A stretch of DNA of 60,011 nucleotides from Lama guanicoe (taxonomy: Eukaryota). Where the stretch lies: positions 248,001 to 308,011 of the forward strand of contig PNXV01005434.1 of NCBI GenBank assembly GCA_013239625.1, given 5' to 3'. Made by a program: the position numbers and the translations under genes. The notes under the pieces are model-generated. The model ran no database searches, was not told where the DNA came from, and saw nothing but the letters and a program-made list of their open reading frames with translations. The first letter of the stretch is position 1; the number at the start of each line of letters is the position of its first letter. Below are positions 1-13,108 of this stretch, piece by piece.

Positions 1-2743
1 GGAGAGAACACTGTCCCTCCCTTCTTGATCTGTCAGAATCCTAATCATGCTTCAGGTCTAGAAGCCCTGTCTTTTCCTCTTAGATGTTTCTCCTGAGACT
101 AGATTAGAGACACAGGTGCTCCTATGACAACGAATATAACTCTAAGATTTTGTAATGACATAAGGACAGAGCCTTGAAAAGATGCTTGTTAGCATGTGCA
201 ATCTGTGTTTCCCTACTTCTTTCAAAACAAACGTTTTGACAAATCTAATCTGTCCTCACCTGGTGTCACTTTATGAAGCAGAATTTTCATGTGACAATAC
301 TTCCTACAGACAATGACCTTAAAATCACCAAATTTATTAATGGAAGGTAGAATGAATATCTCCTCTAATGCAACACAGGAGAAAATTCACTTAGTGGCAC
401 TCAATGGCTTTCTACGGCATTAATTTTTGTAAGCACACCAAAATCGCTGTCAGTCTGGGTATTGAGCACATAAAATATGGTAGTATGTTTTAACATGCTA
501 TCTCCTTCAATTTTCTCTTCAGTATGATTTTCTGATCAAAAAAGCCTCAAAGAGAGTAAGTGAATTAACAAAAACCAGGTCTATAATCTAGTTTCTGTCT
601 TACAAATTGGTGGAATTTCTGCCACAATAGTTGACAATGTTTCTATGAAAAATCAGATACGCCTTTTGGAATTCCTAGTAATTCAGGGTTATTGGGAAGG
701 TGTTTAATGGAAACCAATTTTTTTAACTTGGGAAACTTGGTCACAGATTATTTTCATTCTACTAAGTAGAAAACTTACATAAATTTTTGGTGCTTTGGTG
801 CCTACTAGCTAAATGCTTATCTGTTGTTGCAATCTTCTAAGAATTCTTACTTTACTTATCTGTTGAGCAAAGACTACAATATCTCAAAGTTTTTTCCTTC
901 CTTTTTCCAACCCCTCTTCTGGAGAGGACAGAAAATATGTCCTTAAGGGAGGGGTAGGAAAAGGAATCTGACTTCTTCACTGCCTATTGTTTCCCAAGCA
1001 CCACAGAGTTAACTCATAATCTCTCTGGGTTCCTTCAACATCAGTGAAGTACCCATTACCTGATAATGACAAGATTCTTTATGATCTAGCTCCTGGCCAA
1101 ATGTCTAGCTTATTACTTGCCCCTTCCACACCAGCAAATTTTTTAGAGTTGATTGCTTTGATTTTTATACTTTTACTTGTTGATTCCTCTCTCTGGAATT
1201 CCTTTTACAAATGTGTCTCCTTTACAACTTGACTTCTTTCAAAATAGATATCGAACACCTTCTCTTCAACATAGTGTTTCCTTATAATCGCCAATTCTTC
1301 CTCTCAATACCCCACCAACAATGCACACCCACATTAACAGTCTAGTGCTAATTTGGGATCTTGCACGTACTTCTATTTTAGTTCTTGTTCTATGTTTATC
1401 ATGATTATTTGTATGCATCTTCTCTGTCCAATAAACTCTGAAATCCTTAAATGAGCAAAACTGTCTTCTTCTCCACATTATGGATACTTGATACATATAT
1501 ATAAGAAAGTAAGAGATTAATGAAAGAATGAGATACCATTTATTCATCCCAAATATTCAGTCAAATTGAAAATGAGTTTTAGACATAAGCACAGAATTGG
1601 GGATTAATTAATTTTGCTCTTGGGCGAGAAATAAATTTGACATGTGGTAAGAAATATCAAGTATAAATTTGCACTTGTATTGGTTTCCACAAGAACTCAA
1701 CTAACATGGATTCCATTGTGAAATATATACAAAAATGTAAACCAAATTGTCAGCGAGAACAGATGAGAAAACAATAAAAACTGGCAATGTCAACGTATTA
1801 TTGAATGATAAATATTACTGGAAAAACTAGCATAACTAAGTCAAAGTCTATCAGGGCCTTTAGTTTGGTATAATTGTGTGAAACTGGTTTGTTTGTTTTG
1901 TTATTTGTTGTATTTTTTGCTACAGACAGCAGATAATCTCAGAGGACAATGTTTAAATGTAAGACAGAAAAATTGGTAAAAGAATAAAATAAATGATTCA
2001 TTATTATTGATGGATTTACCATCCTAAGCAAAGTTACTTGCTTTCCAATTATTACTGGAAGTTTATTCTGAGTAGAAATTTTAAAAGAATTTTGATAGAT
2101 GCATATAAACCATTATTTAAAAAAGAGAAAAATAAGGCAATTAAAAAGTGAGAAGACCAAATCAAAAATTGTACTGTTTTGTGAGACCCCCCCAATCTCC
2201 ACTAAATCATTTTAGAAATGATTTAATATTTCTAAAATTCTTAGAACAGTGCCTTAGTACCAAATTATAACGATCAGCTATTAACCAAGAATAAGAATTT
2301 TAAAAGTCCTCTTACCTTTTGGGTCATTGGTATGGTCATCAAAAGACTCTAAGAGCTCACCCATAGGGAGATGTATATATTTATTAACAAATGAGGTATC
2401 TAACAAAAATATCCTTAGACTAGATGAAATAGAATTATGTTTGATTATAAATTTATGAGGGTGGGAAATTGGTTTAAAAAATTTTTTTGAATCAGTGTCT
2501 GTGATGACAATTTGTATTGTTCAGTAAAAATTTGTTGAAGCGATAGATGAATTAATCAATTAATAAACAACAAATAAACAAAAGATCTACTCCCTGTCAC
2601 TCAGAAAAGTTGGTTATTTGATCATTAAAATGCCCTCCAGAATTTTAAAACACAAAAAGGAGAAAAAGTAACCATAAACTATATTTTATTTTCTCTTTGT
2701 CTTACTCTAGGAAAAATCACATAACGTTTAAGCCTAATTGATT

Positions 2744-3708
2744 ATGCTAATGCTGAATGAAACAGACCTGGACCCACCCTCATTTATTCTGAATGGAGTT
2801 CCAGGACTGGAAGATATACATGTCTGGATTTCTCTCCCATTCTGCTTCATGTATGCTGTGGCTGTGGTAGGGAACTGTGGACTCCTCTACCTCGTTTGCT
2901 ATGAGGACGCCCTGCACAAACCCATGTACTACTTCTTGGCCATGCTTTCTCTCACTGACCTTGTCATGTGCTCTAGTACAATCCCTAAAGCTCTCTGCGT
3001 CTTCGGTTTCACCTCAAGGAAATCAGCTTTGTAGAATGCCTGGTTCAGATGTTCTTCATTCACACCTTCACAGGGATGGAGTCTGGGGTGCTCATGCTGA
3101 TGGCCCTGGACCGCTATGTGGCCATCTGCTACCCTCTGCGCTACTCAACTATCCTCACCAATCCTGTCATTGCAAAGGCTGGGCTCTCCACCTTTCTCAG
3201 AGGGGTGCTGCTCATCATTCCCTTCACTTTCCTTACCAAGCATCTGCCCTATTGCAGAGGCAATGTAATTCCCCACACCTACTGCGACCACATGTCTGTA
3301 GCCAAGTTGTCCTGTGGAAATATCAAGGTCAATGCCATTTATGGTCTGATGGTTGCCCTTCTGATTGGGGGCTTTGACATCCTGTGCATCACGATCTCCT
3401 ACACCATGATCCTCCAGGCAGTGGTCAGCCTCTCCTCAGCAGAAGCTCGGCAGAAGGCCTTCAGCACCTGCACTGCCCACATCTGTGCTATTGTTTTTTC
3501 CTACAGTCCAGCTTTCTTCTCCTTCTTTTCCCACCGCTTTGGGGGCCACACAATCCCTCCCTCTTGCCACATCATTATGGCCAATATTTACCTGCTCTTG
3601 CCTCCCACTATGAATCCTGCTGTCTATGGGGTGAAAACCAAGCAGATACGAGACTGTGTCCTAAGGATCCTTTCAAGTCCTAAGGACACCAAATCCCATA
3701 GCATATGA
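2744..3708 (+). pseudogene. OR52N4: OR52N4-like olfactory receptor, copy A, frameshifted pseudogene
   Basis: ATG at 2744 (MLMLNETDLDPPSFILNG). Class I OR motifs LHKPMY, MALDRYVAICYPLRY, HTYCDHM, KAFSTCTAH and PPTMNP are split over two ORFs (to 3034, and 3049-3708). TTC-GG-TTT at 3002-3009 lacks the T of the Trp codon (copy C reads TTT TGG TTC). Restoring 1 nt gives 966 nt, 321 aa. Polypyrimidine tract and AG acceptor at 2709-2710. Confidence 0.9.
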
Positions 3709-5089
3709 GTGGACATTCCCAAGAGAGAGAAGATAAAGATTACTTTCAGTTGCTATTTAGGCAGGAGCTGATAACATCTTCCTGCAAGTGCTGTTTTGGT
3801 CACTAAAATGGAGTTTGTTTCTAGCAGTGCATTTCCAAATACATGCCCTGTCATGAGAATCTCAGTATCACCTGAATGTCCACCAGCCTGTCTATGAATT
3901 TCTCTTTTTCTCATTGCTGTGAAGGATTAGTCTACTAATTAACCCAAGTTTACTTGAACAAATCAGATTCTTTTTCATAAAAAAGGTGAATAAAATGAAA
4001 GCAGATGATTCTAAATATTGATTTTAATCTCCAGATAGAGAGCCAGTTGTGACTTTTCCCTGGAAAACATGTGATCTATATTTTTAATCACTACCAAATA
4101 CCTCTTTTTATTCCCAATGACTTCTTCCTAAAGGAAAAGCTAGAAAGTATCCTATGAAGTCATTAATATGATGAATTTTAAGTTTCTGGGCACTTTATGA
4201 TAATGTTATTATTTGTCTGAATATGTCTCTCCTAACTAGGCCACACGCACTACTTCACTACTGACTAATTTAATATCCAGTTTCCTTTAAAAGAGCATTT
4301 GAAAGCACACAATCTGGAGGGTGAGACACATAAGTCTCTTAACTAAAAGTAAAAAATACTATAACTTTTATTATAACAATCTGAGAGGGAATCAAAATCA
4401 GCTTGTTTCAACCTATTTCCAATTGGGAATATAATAAAATTAAATCTCTCTTTCTGATAGTTAAGATTCTTTTAAATTAATAAACCCATGAAAGAATGAA
4501 GGAAATGGTATTTTTCATTAGTGTCTCCTGAACTAAGCCAATTATATGTAAGGAATTTAGACTAAATTGAATTTTTACTCATCTCTTGGTCCAACTGAAA
4601 AAAATACACATTGTTTCTCCCCAGTTTAGTTAATTATACCCATCAAATTGCATTTAATTATTCAATTACTTCCTCTTTACTATCTTGTAAAATCCTACAA
4701 AACAATCCCACCCCTTAAACTGTAATTACCCTCCATGTGCTGTCCCTTTTCTCTCTGCTTACCTCAAAACTTCTAGAACAAGTTGTCTACCTTCTCTCCC
4801 TTTACTTTCTCAACTTGAAATCACTCTTGCCCTAGTTTGTCTTTCTGTCATCCCATTCATTACCTGAAATTGCTTTTGTCAGTTTCAGTAATAACTCCCA
4901 TTGCAGCAAATTAAGTAGGCTCCTTTCTAGCTTCATCTAACACTACCTCAGGAATAAGGGATGCAATTCTGGAAAAAAAAAAAAAAAGAAGAAATGCAAT
5001 TTTGCAATCCCAATATCTTGAAACAGTGCCAGTTTTTTTTTACTTCAGATACATCTATTTATTTAATGATTTTCTTCACTCTTGTTTAG

Positions 5090-5620
5090 CAGAAAGGCAT
5101 ACAAATGACTAACAGATATATAAGAAGATGCTCAAAATCATGAATCATCATAAAAACACAAACACTACAATGAGATATCATCTCACATCCGGTTAGGATA
5201 GCAACAATAAAAGCAAACAAACTTTTGCTGCTGAGGATATGGAGAAATTGCTACTCTTGTGCATTGTTAGAAAATGGACAAAAAATGAACATTTCATGGT
5301 AAGAACATATAAATGGCAAATATGCACATAAAATATGTTCAACATCATTATCTATACACAAATACAAATTAAAATAAAAATAGAATTTCACTACACAACC
5401 ATGAGAATGGATAAAATGAAATACAATAACAACATGAAATTCTGGCAAGGGTATGTAGAGACTGAATTAATAATACATTACTGGTGGGAATGTAAAATGG
5501 TTCAGCCACTCTGGAAAACATTTTGAAAATTTTCTTAAAATCACAAATCTGGAACTATTACAACTTAGCAGTTACAATCCTGGATATTTATCCCAGAACA
5601 ATGAATACTTATATTTACAC
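5090..5620 (+). mobile_element. Old L1 ORF2 C-terminal fragments
   Basis: ORF 5335-5526 ends HYWWECKMVQPLWK, an L1 ORF2p motif. Confidence 0.75.
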
Positions 5621-5834
5621 AAAAATCATAGAACAGTGAATGACATCAAAAAAATTGCAAAGTAGGAATATTAAAAAGTTTGTCCCTAATAAAAGGAATG
5701 GAGAAACTGGAAAATGTCTGTTAGAATCAGCTTTCTCATAATTCTTAATTTTAACTGAAAGCTTGCAGAAATTAGGGGAATGCTTAATCAAGAAGAAATG
5801 GCTGAATTTCAGTAAGAGATAACTGGCATTATTT

Positions 5835-6190
5835 TAAAATTGTGGTAGAAGTCACATAACAGAATTTACCCTTTTGATCATTTTAAATGTATAATTCAGC
5901 CGGTTCACAAAGCTGTGCAACCATCACCACTATCTAACTTCAGAACATTTTAATCATTACTACCCTTCAAAAAAAGCTCATACATTTTAAGCAGTCACCA
6001 TTTTTCTCCAGCCTCTTGCAATCAAAAATTTCCTTTTGTTCTATGGATTTGTCTATTAATTTTTTATATGTATGAAATACTACAGATTGTACTATTTGTC
6101 TCCGGCTTCTTTGACCTTACATAAAGTTTTCAAGTTTCATTCATGTTGTAGTGTGTATCAGTATTTCATTTCTCTTTATCGCCAAATAAT
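5835..6190 (-). mobile_element. L1MB-type 3' end, antisense
   Basis: GTGCAACCATCACCACTATCTAA...CAAGTTTCATTCATGTTGTAG. Confidence 0.7.
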
Positions 6191-6270
6191 ACAAGCATAT
6201 GTATGTTGGAGATATTGCAGATTTGGTTTCAGATCAAATATGGTAATAAAGCGAATCACACGACTTTGGG
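6191..6270 (+). mobile_element. Tigger1-like DNA transposon terminal fragment
   Basis: GGAGATATTGCAGATTTGGTTTCAGA...AATAAAGCGAATCACAC resembles the Tigger1 end (recall). Confidence 0.6.
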
Positions 6271-6630
6271 GGTCTAATGCCAGATCGATCAGTTTGAACT
6301 TTTTGGTAAACTCTACAGGGTTTTATCTAAAGGGTGCACAAGGGGAAGGCCCTGTGGGAGGTGGGAGAGACTGTTGATCACAAGGGCTGTTGAAGGAGTC
6401 ACATCAGGAACTTACAGCTACTCATGATTCTGTGGGCTGTTATCTGCAGACATGTGCTTATAAGGGAGTGCTAAGTGTCAGTGAGGCCCCCATGGGTCAA
6501 ACCAGTGGATGCAGAGGCAGCCATACCATGAGGTAGCTTAGATAAACTCCAACACACACCCCAGACACACCCAAAAATAATGTTTAATCTGGGAATCCTG
6601 TAGCAGTCAACTTGACACACAAATACCACA
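6271..6630 (-). mobile_element. LTR fragment (to about 6554, ending ...CTCCAACA) abutting an MLT2-like LTR terminus
   Basis: GC-richer block ending in CA, then ACACCCAAAAATAATGTTTAATCTGGG...AGTCAACTTGACAC, typical of MLT2 ends. Family of the first part not identified. Confidence 0.5.
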
Positions 6631-6639
6631 ATGATTTAT

Positions 6640-7010
6640 ATCCATAAAATGGATAGTTATTTACTAACACAAAGAAATAAAGGACCTATACATGCAACAA
6701 CATGGAGGAACTTTGAAACATCCTATGTGAAAAAATGGTACATATTTTGTGCTTCCATTTATATGAAATGTCTAGAATAGGTAAGTTCATAGAACAGAAT
6801 ACAAATTAGTGTTTGTCATGGGCTGAGAGGAAGAGACAAGAGAAAGCGATGCTTAATGAGTACAGGCCTTCCCTTTTATGTAATGGGAATGTTCCGGAAT
6901 TAGGCAGAAGCAATGATTACACACTATTGTGAATGTACTAAAAAGCACTGAATCACACACTTTAAAATTGTTAAAAAATAAAAAATAATGTTGTGTGAGT
7001 CTCATCTTAA
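6640..7010 (+). mobile_element. L1MB-type 3' end
   Basis: CTTCCATTTATATGAAATGTCTAGAATAGGTAAGTTCATAGA...ATTGTGAATGTACTAAAAAGCACTGAAT. Confidence 0.75.
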
Positions 7011-7949
7011 AAAAATAAAAGGTGGAAAAAATTGAGCTAAAAATGCTCTATGTATGTATATTATTTAATGTACCATTTCATGTATAATAATTTAAAAAAC
7101 CCCTTGGATGTCCAAGAAAATATCAGTCTTTATGTTTTAATGTCGTCCAAGCTTTTTGTCAAAAACATATATGGCTGATGTACATTAAGGAATGTGATAG
7201 ACTGGTAGAGAGATATTTAACAGAAAAGAACTATATCACGTTACCTCCATATTACAGAATTTAATGGTGCTTTTTATCTCTTCCCAAAGTCATTTTTACT
7301 TTTACAAATTCATCAAAATATAGGACATTACTTTTATTATTTAATTGAAGGGATATAAACTTAAAACCATTCGCTGTGTTTCATTATTGCTACTATTGTA
7401 ATCATCATTATTACTATCGTAATGTTTAGGCATCTGATTATTCCTCAGTTAATCAGTACGCATGACAAGTCTGAGCCTTTGATGAAGCTTTAGAATGCCA
7501 TAATACTCACCATCAACTTCAGTTAAAAGTAAACTTCCTGAAAACCAAGGCATATGTTATCTGATTTTGCACAATTCCCAGCATGATTTGAGAAGTACTA
7601 AGTCCTCAATGATGTTATTTAGAGAGATTTAAAGAAATAAACAAATGAAAAAATAGATGGATGTGTGAATCACTGAAACATGCACTACTTAAGTGCTTTC
7701 AACATGTGTCCCACAAGGCCTTCCTTAGAAAGAAGCAATACTTTGCAACAAATACTAAAATCATTCACTTTTATTAAAATTCATTTGTGTTCATTTTAAT
7801 TCCTCTCCGTTGAATACACACTCACACAAGCACACACATAGATACAAATCCATGGAATAGTTCCCTTATTTAAGTATCACCACACAGCAGTAAGAGTGGA
7901 AAGCATCTCCTCTTTGCCCTCCTCCCATCGTGGTTAACTTGCCTGCTAC

Positions 7950-8175
7950 ACAAGCACCTGTGTCACTAATGTTCTGAAATATTCCCCTTGAGACATACAG
8001 CGCACATTTTTCTTAAATACCAGGTTCAGTATTACAGATATCAAGGGATTTAGAAGTTGAGGACTGTGCATGTACAAATATTGTAGAACCAAGACATTTT
8101 TGGAGCAAGATCTTGAACACCTGGACCAGATCACATTCAGCTCATTGCTTTGCTATCCAGGCCTAAGGTATTAAA
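7950..8175 (+). promoter_or_regulatory. Candidate promoter / first exon of OR52N4 copy B
   Basis: CTAATG (7966), O/E-like CCCCTTGAGA (7984-7993) and possible donor AG|GTATTA (8168). All have counterparts in the paralogous block upstream of copy C. Confidence 0.45.
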
Positions 8176-11100
8176 GGAAGTAAAAGGTGGAATTAGTGAC
8201 GGATTTTTTTTATGCAATAAGATATAACAGATAGAGATTCTGAATGCATATGAATTGTTTATGATATTTTCAGAAATACAGATTTGAGTCCTTTAACCAT
8301 GTTTGAAGGCAGAAATGTTGCGGGAGGCTGTAAAATGGAAAATTGGGAAGTTTCTCCAATTCTCAGATTCCCATCATGATTATGAATATCTACGTTATTT
8401 CCCTAACAAAAGTAATCTTTAGTTTAGCATTTGTATAAGTCAGGTATGAGTCATCCTCGTGATAAGAAGAAACAGGGCAATAGGTAGGTAATACTCCTCA
8501 ACCTTGGTCAGAACACTCTTCCTTTTTACCTGCCCTCCCCTTGTTCTCAAAGGAGAGTCCAATTTTTCTTAGTTCATTTCTAGAGAGACTTAGTTTTGAC
8601 TGTATTTCATCCATTTTAGATAGCAAAACTTGCCTGGAGGAGCCCACTGTCATAAGGAGAGAAAAACATGGGTTTTAAAGATTTAGAAATACTAGTGAAA
8701 CAACACACTTATTGTCTACAGGATTTGGGAAACAGATATTCATGTGCTAACGTTACTATTCCATTATATCTATCCACATTCATGGCATAATGTTAGTTAA
8801 TTTTCCTTGCAAGAAAATAAATTATGATGTATTGAAATCATTTTAAATTTGCTTTGGAAAATGTCTTATTTATTTTGTGGTTAATACTAATTACCTTGGC
8901 ATACACATGGCTCTCTGACAGTGTTGCAAATGTATTGACAATGGTATTTAATTATTATGTAACAAGAAAGTTTTGGTTATTAAAAAATATATCTATAAAA
9001 AGAAAACAGAAGAGATATAAACAGCATATCTTTCTGATATTTAGGAAAGATATTCTTCAGAATACAGCAAAGGTAAATCAGCAATATATTGTCTGTTTTA
9101 CAGTTATGGAACCTAATACTTTTTCTGATTTCTCTATTGTTCAAATGTATTAAGAAAGAGAAATGAGTAGTGTTACCATTTTCTTCAACAATTTATGACA
9201 ATTTAGTATACACTAGCCAAATATTTATCAAAAGCCAATTTCAAGGTCTATTTTATTTCAATGGTAATTTTATATATATGCATAAATATACAGACATATA
9301 TACATATCTGTGATTTTATAGCATTTTTATTGCTTTTAATAGCATCTGTGAAAGTAATCTGAAAATGTAATCTTGTATTCAAAGATAGTATACTTTTACA
9401 AGCCTGACAGAAAAAAAAGTTGATGGTAATTTTGGTACTTGTGGAAACACAAATCATATTATAAATCCATAGTATTCTTTATTTCCAAAGTAAAAATTGT
9501 AAGGCTTTTGTTAGCCTTGTGATTAATAGTTTAAAGCAACACCAATGACACTAAGATGAGAATTTGAAGATCAGCTAATAAGCTGTGATATGATTTAAGA
9601 AATTGCCAAATTTTTAAAACTGCAAATGTGAACAAAGTAAGCAAGAGAATTTATTTCAGTATTTCCTAATGTTTTGGTTGTGGAGAATCTTTGCCAAACT
9701 GTTAAAATGGAGTAGTTTGGTAGAGCCAGCAAGCCTTCTTTTGTTTATCAAAAGTGATCTTGATCCAGTGTTTTCTTGCTTTTATTTCTGCATTGTCTGA
9801 AATTAGTATTTCCTCTCAATTTTTTGGATGTGTTTCTGTTATTTTGGTGGTTTTTTGTTTACCATAAAAACCTTTGTGCCTACTTTGAATATTATCTTCT
9901 TTCTGATAAAATATACGTATTTTAAAAAAAATCACTTTCAAGCCAATTTGTTCTATAGATTACATAATTGATCTTTTTCCAAACCAATATATTTATTTTG
10001 CCTACCACACTATTTTTCTGCTTTCTTGAGGTTTATTTTGTTCTCTCTATTTTACAGTGACTCTTTTATGTTTTCCAAGTAATAATGTTCAGACTATAGT
10101 GCTTAGTTTAATAATGCCTGAAGTCAAGTATAAAAAGTGTAATTCATTCATTTGTTCATTCACTTAAAAATATTTATTGACATCTAATATATACTGATTT
10201 CTATACACAGCAGGTATAAAATAAAACCTGTCTTAATATTAAGGGTTTTATTAAATTGTGGATGATTTGAGAATTTAATTAAATTTTCATAATATCATAA
10301 TGTTAAACTAGTGGAAAAAATAATTTCATCAATAAATTCTTTCCTGACTATAAGCTTGGTATTTTGCTGATTATATTATACTGAGTCTTTTTAGAGGCTG
10401 GCTCTCTAAACTGTCCAAGAGAGTTGAATCTTCCTGAAAAATATTGTGCCAGAGGCTATTCTGGTTGAGGGAGGGGGAGTTCAAAAAAGGAGAGAAGAGT
10501 GCAAATTCGCAGAGCTAAAAATAGCTGTATGATTTGAGTAGAGAAAGCAAACGGCAAGAGAGAACGCTGCTCTGCCTATTTTGGTTTGCTGGAAATTTAA
10601 GCATGCCTCAGATCTAAGAGCAATGGCTCATTTCTCTTAGAACCTTTTCCTCAAAATTTAGTTAGCTGTCATTTCTATCTTCTGGAGTTAAAAAAAACTA
10701 GGGAACGATTTGGTATCTCTGATACATCTTCCATTTTTAACAATATTACTGTCCTTTTATGGTGACTGGAAGTTTATTCTGGGAAGATACTTCAACGAGT
10801 CCTGTGAATGCACATATATCAGGTTTGACAAAGGCCAAAGATGAAACATCATTAAATATGTGAAAATTGAGTCCAATATTCATATTTAAGTGTGAGATCC
10901 TCAATATCCTTCTGCTACTTAACTCCAGGATAACTGGCAGCCTGTCACATAAGCCGCCAGGACGTAGATTAATGGATTTTTTTTTCCTGGAAAAATGGAA
11001 AATCCCTGAGGAAAAACAAAAAAAAAACTATGAACCTGATGACTAAGAATGTTTTCAATGAAACAGAGATTCCTACTTGAGCACTCAAAGTAAATGCTAT

Positions 11101-12143
11101 CAATTGATCAGACTCACTCATCACTGGAGTTTAGAATCAGAAACTCTATAGCCTCTTTCTTAAGTGTAAATTAATAGTCAGGATTACCATACATTTGAGG
11201 GACACCTCCAAAGTAAAAGACAACAAAAAATTATAAAAATAAAAATTGAGACTTAGACAATATGGAAATAATTAATATGAAGCACATATATGTATATATA
11301 CTCATGTATAACATACATGTATATTATGCATAAATATAAGTGTTGTCAGATTCACAAAATTCAGAGAAAATAAGATCTTGTACATTTGTAATGTTAGACA
11401 ACAACAACAAAATGCCAAGATATTTGGAAGATATAGTTGAGGAACTTTCTAGAAAATGGACCCAAAAATAAATTGATACAACATAAGAAAATTTTTAAAC
11501 AAGAAGAAAAGATATAAAATTCTAGAACTGTGTCTGGTATATAGTAAACATGAGTAAGAACCCTTAATTAAGAATAAGAGCAGTATTAACTACATCCTAA
11601 CCATACCTGTTGTGTCTTTGGTGAGGCAATCAATGAGCTTTTCCTTAAGATAACTCCCAAAGGGAGATATGTATAGTAATTGACATTTAAATAAGATATT
11701 ATAAAAAAGTTAATCAGAAAGATCATAACATAGTTACACTTATTAAAATTTATAAGATTTATCTATTTTGAGATTTTTATTTATATTTTATAAGGATTTT
11801 TTCCTTTTGCTTAAAATAATGTAGACACAATGTCTGTGATAGTGCTTGGCATGTAGTAGATGATAAATTTATATATTTGTTGAATGAGTTGATAAATCAG
11901 TGAATTAACAAAGAATACATACTTGGTTTAAACTATGTTAAAATAAGCATTTCCTGGCATTAAAATTCTAGTTCTTTGATTTAAAATGCAATATTTCACA
12001 GAGAGAAGAGAAAGAGAAAGAGAGGGGAACCACAACTGAGATTTTTTTTCTATTTTTTCAAATCTAGGAAGGTCATAAAACAAAGCAAAACAAAAATAAA
12101 ACTAAAACTCTGCTATCTTCTCAATGATTATACCAGCCTGATC

Positions 12144-13108
12144 ATGATAATGCTGAATAAAACAGACCTGGACCCACCCTCATTTATTCTGAATGGAGTT
12201 CCAGGACTGGAAGATATACATGTCTGGATTTCTCTCCCATTCTGCTTCATGTATGCTGTGGCTGTGGTAGGGAACTGTGGACTCCTCTACCTCGTTTGCT
12301 ATGAGGACGCCCTGCACAAACCCATGTACTACTTCTTGGCCATGCTTTCTCTCACTGACCTTGTCATGTGCTCTAGTACAATCCCTAAAGCTCTCTGCGT
12401 CTTCGGTTTCACCTCAAGGAAATCAGCTTTGTAGAATGCCTGGTTCAGATGTTCTTCATTCACACCTTCACAGGGATGGAGTCTGGGGTGCTCATGCTGA
12501 TGGCCCTGGACCGCTATGTGGCCATCTGCTACCCTCTGCGCTACTCAACTATCCTCACCAATCCTGTCATTGCAAAGGCTGGGCTCTCCACCTTTCTCAG
12601 AGGGGTGCTGCTCATCATTCCCTTCACTTTCCTTACCAAGCATCTGCCCTATTGCAGAGGCAATGTAATTCCCCACACCTACTGCGACCACATGTCTGTA
12701 GCCAAGTTGTCCTGTGGAAATATCAAGGTCAATGCCATTTATGGTCTGATGGTTGCCCTTCTGATTGGGGGCTTTGACATCCTGTGCATCACGATCTCCT
12801 ACACCATGATCCTCCAGGCAGTGGTCAGCCTCTCCTCAGCAGAAGCTCGGCAGAAGGCCTTCAGCACCTGCACTGCCTACATTTGTGCCATAGTTTTCTC
12901 CTACAGTCCAGCCTTCTTCTGTTTCTTTTTTAATCGCTTTGGGGGCCACACAATCCCTCCCTCTTGCCACATCATTGTGGCCAATATTTATCTGCTCCTG
13001 CCTCCCACTATGAACCCCATTGTCTATGGGGTGAAAACCAAGCAGATACGAGATTTTGTCATAAGGATCCTTTCAGGTTCTAAGGATACAAAATTCCACA
13101 GCACTTGA
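12144..13108 (+). pseudogene. OR52N4: OR52N4-like olfactory receptor, copy B, frameshifted pseudogene
   Basis: Same motifs and the same 1-bp deletion, between 12404 and 12405. Identical to copy A over 12160-12877. The conserved TM6 His reads Tyr (KAFSTCTAY). Acceptor AG at 12066-12067. Confidence 0.9.

Noticed and set aside
2877..3377. 166-aa alternative-frame ORF, duplicated at 12277-12777; similar shadows at 22187-22568, 37947-38588, 46469-47158 and 54718-55166
   Set aside because: Off-frame or antisense shadows of OR coding sequence; the duplication just reflects the identical tract.
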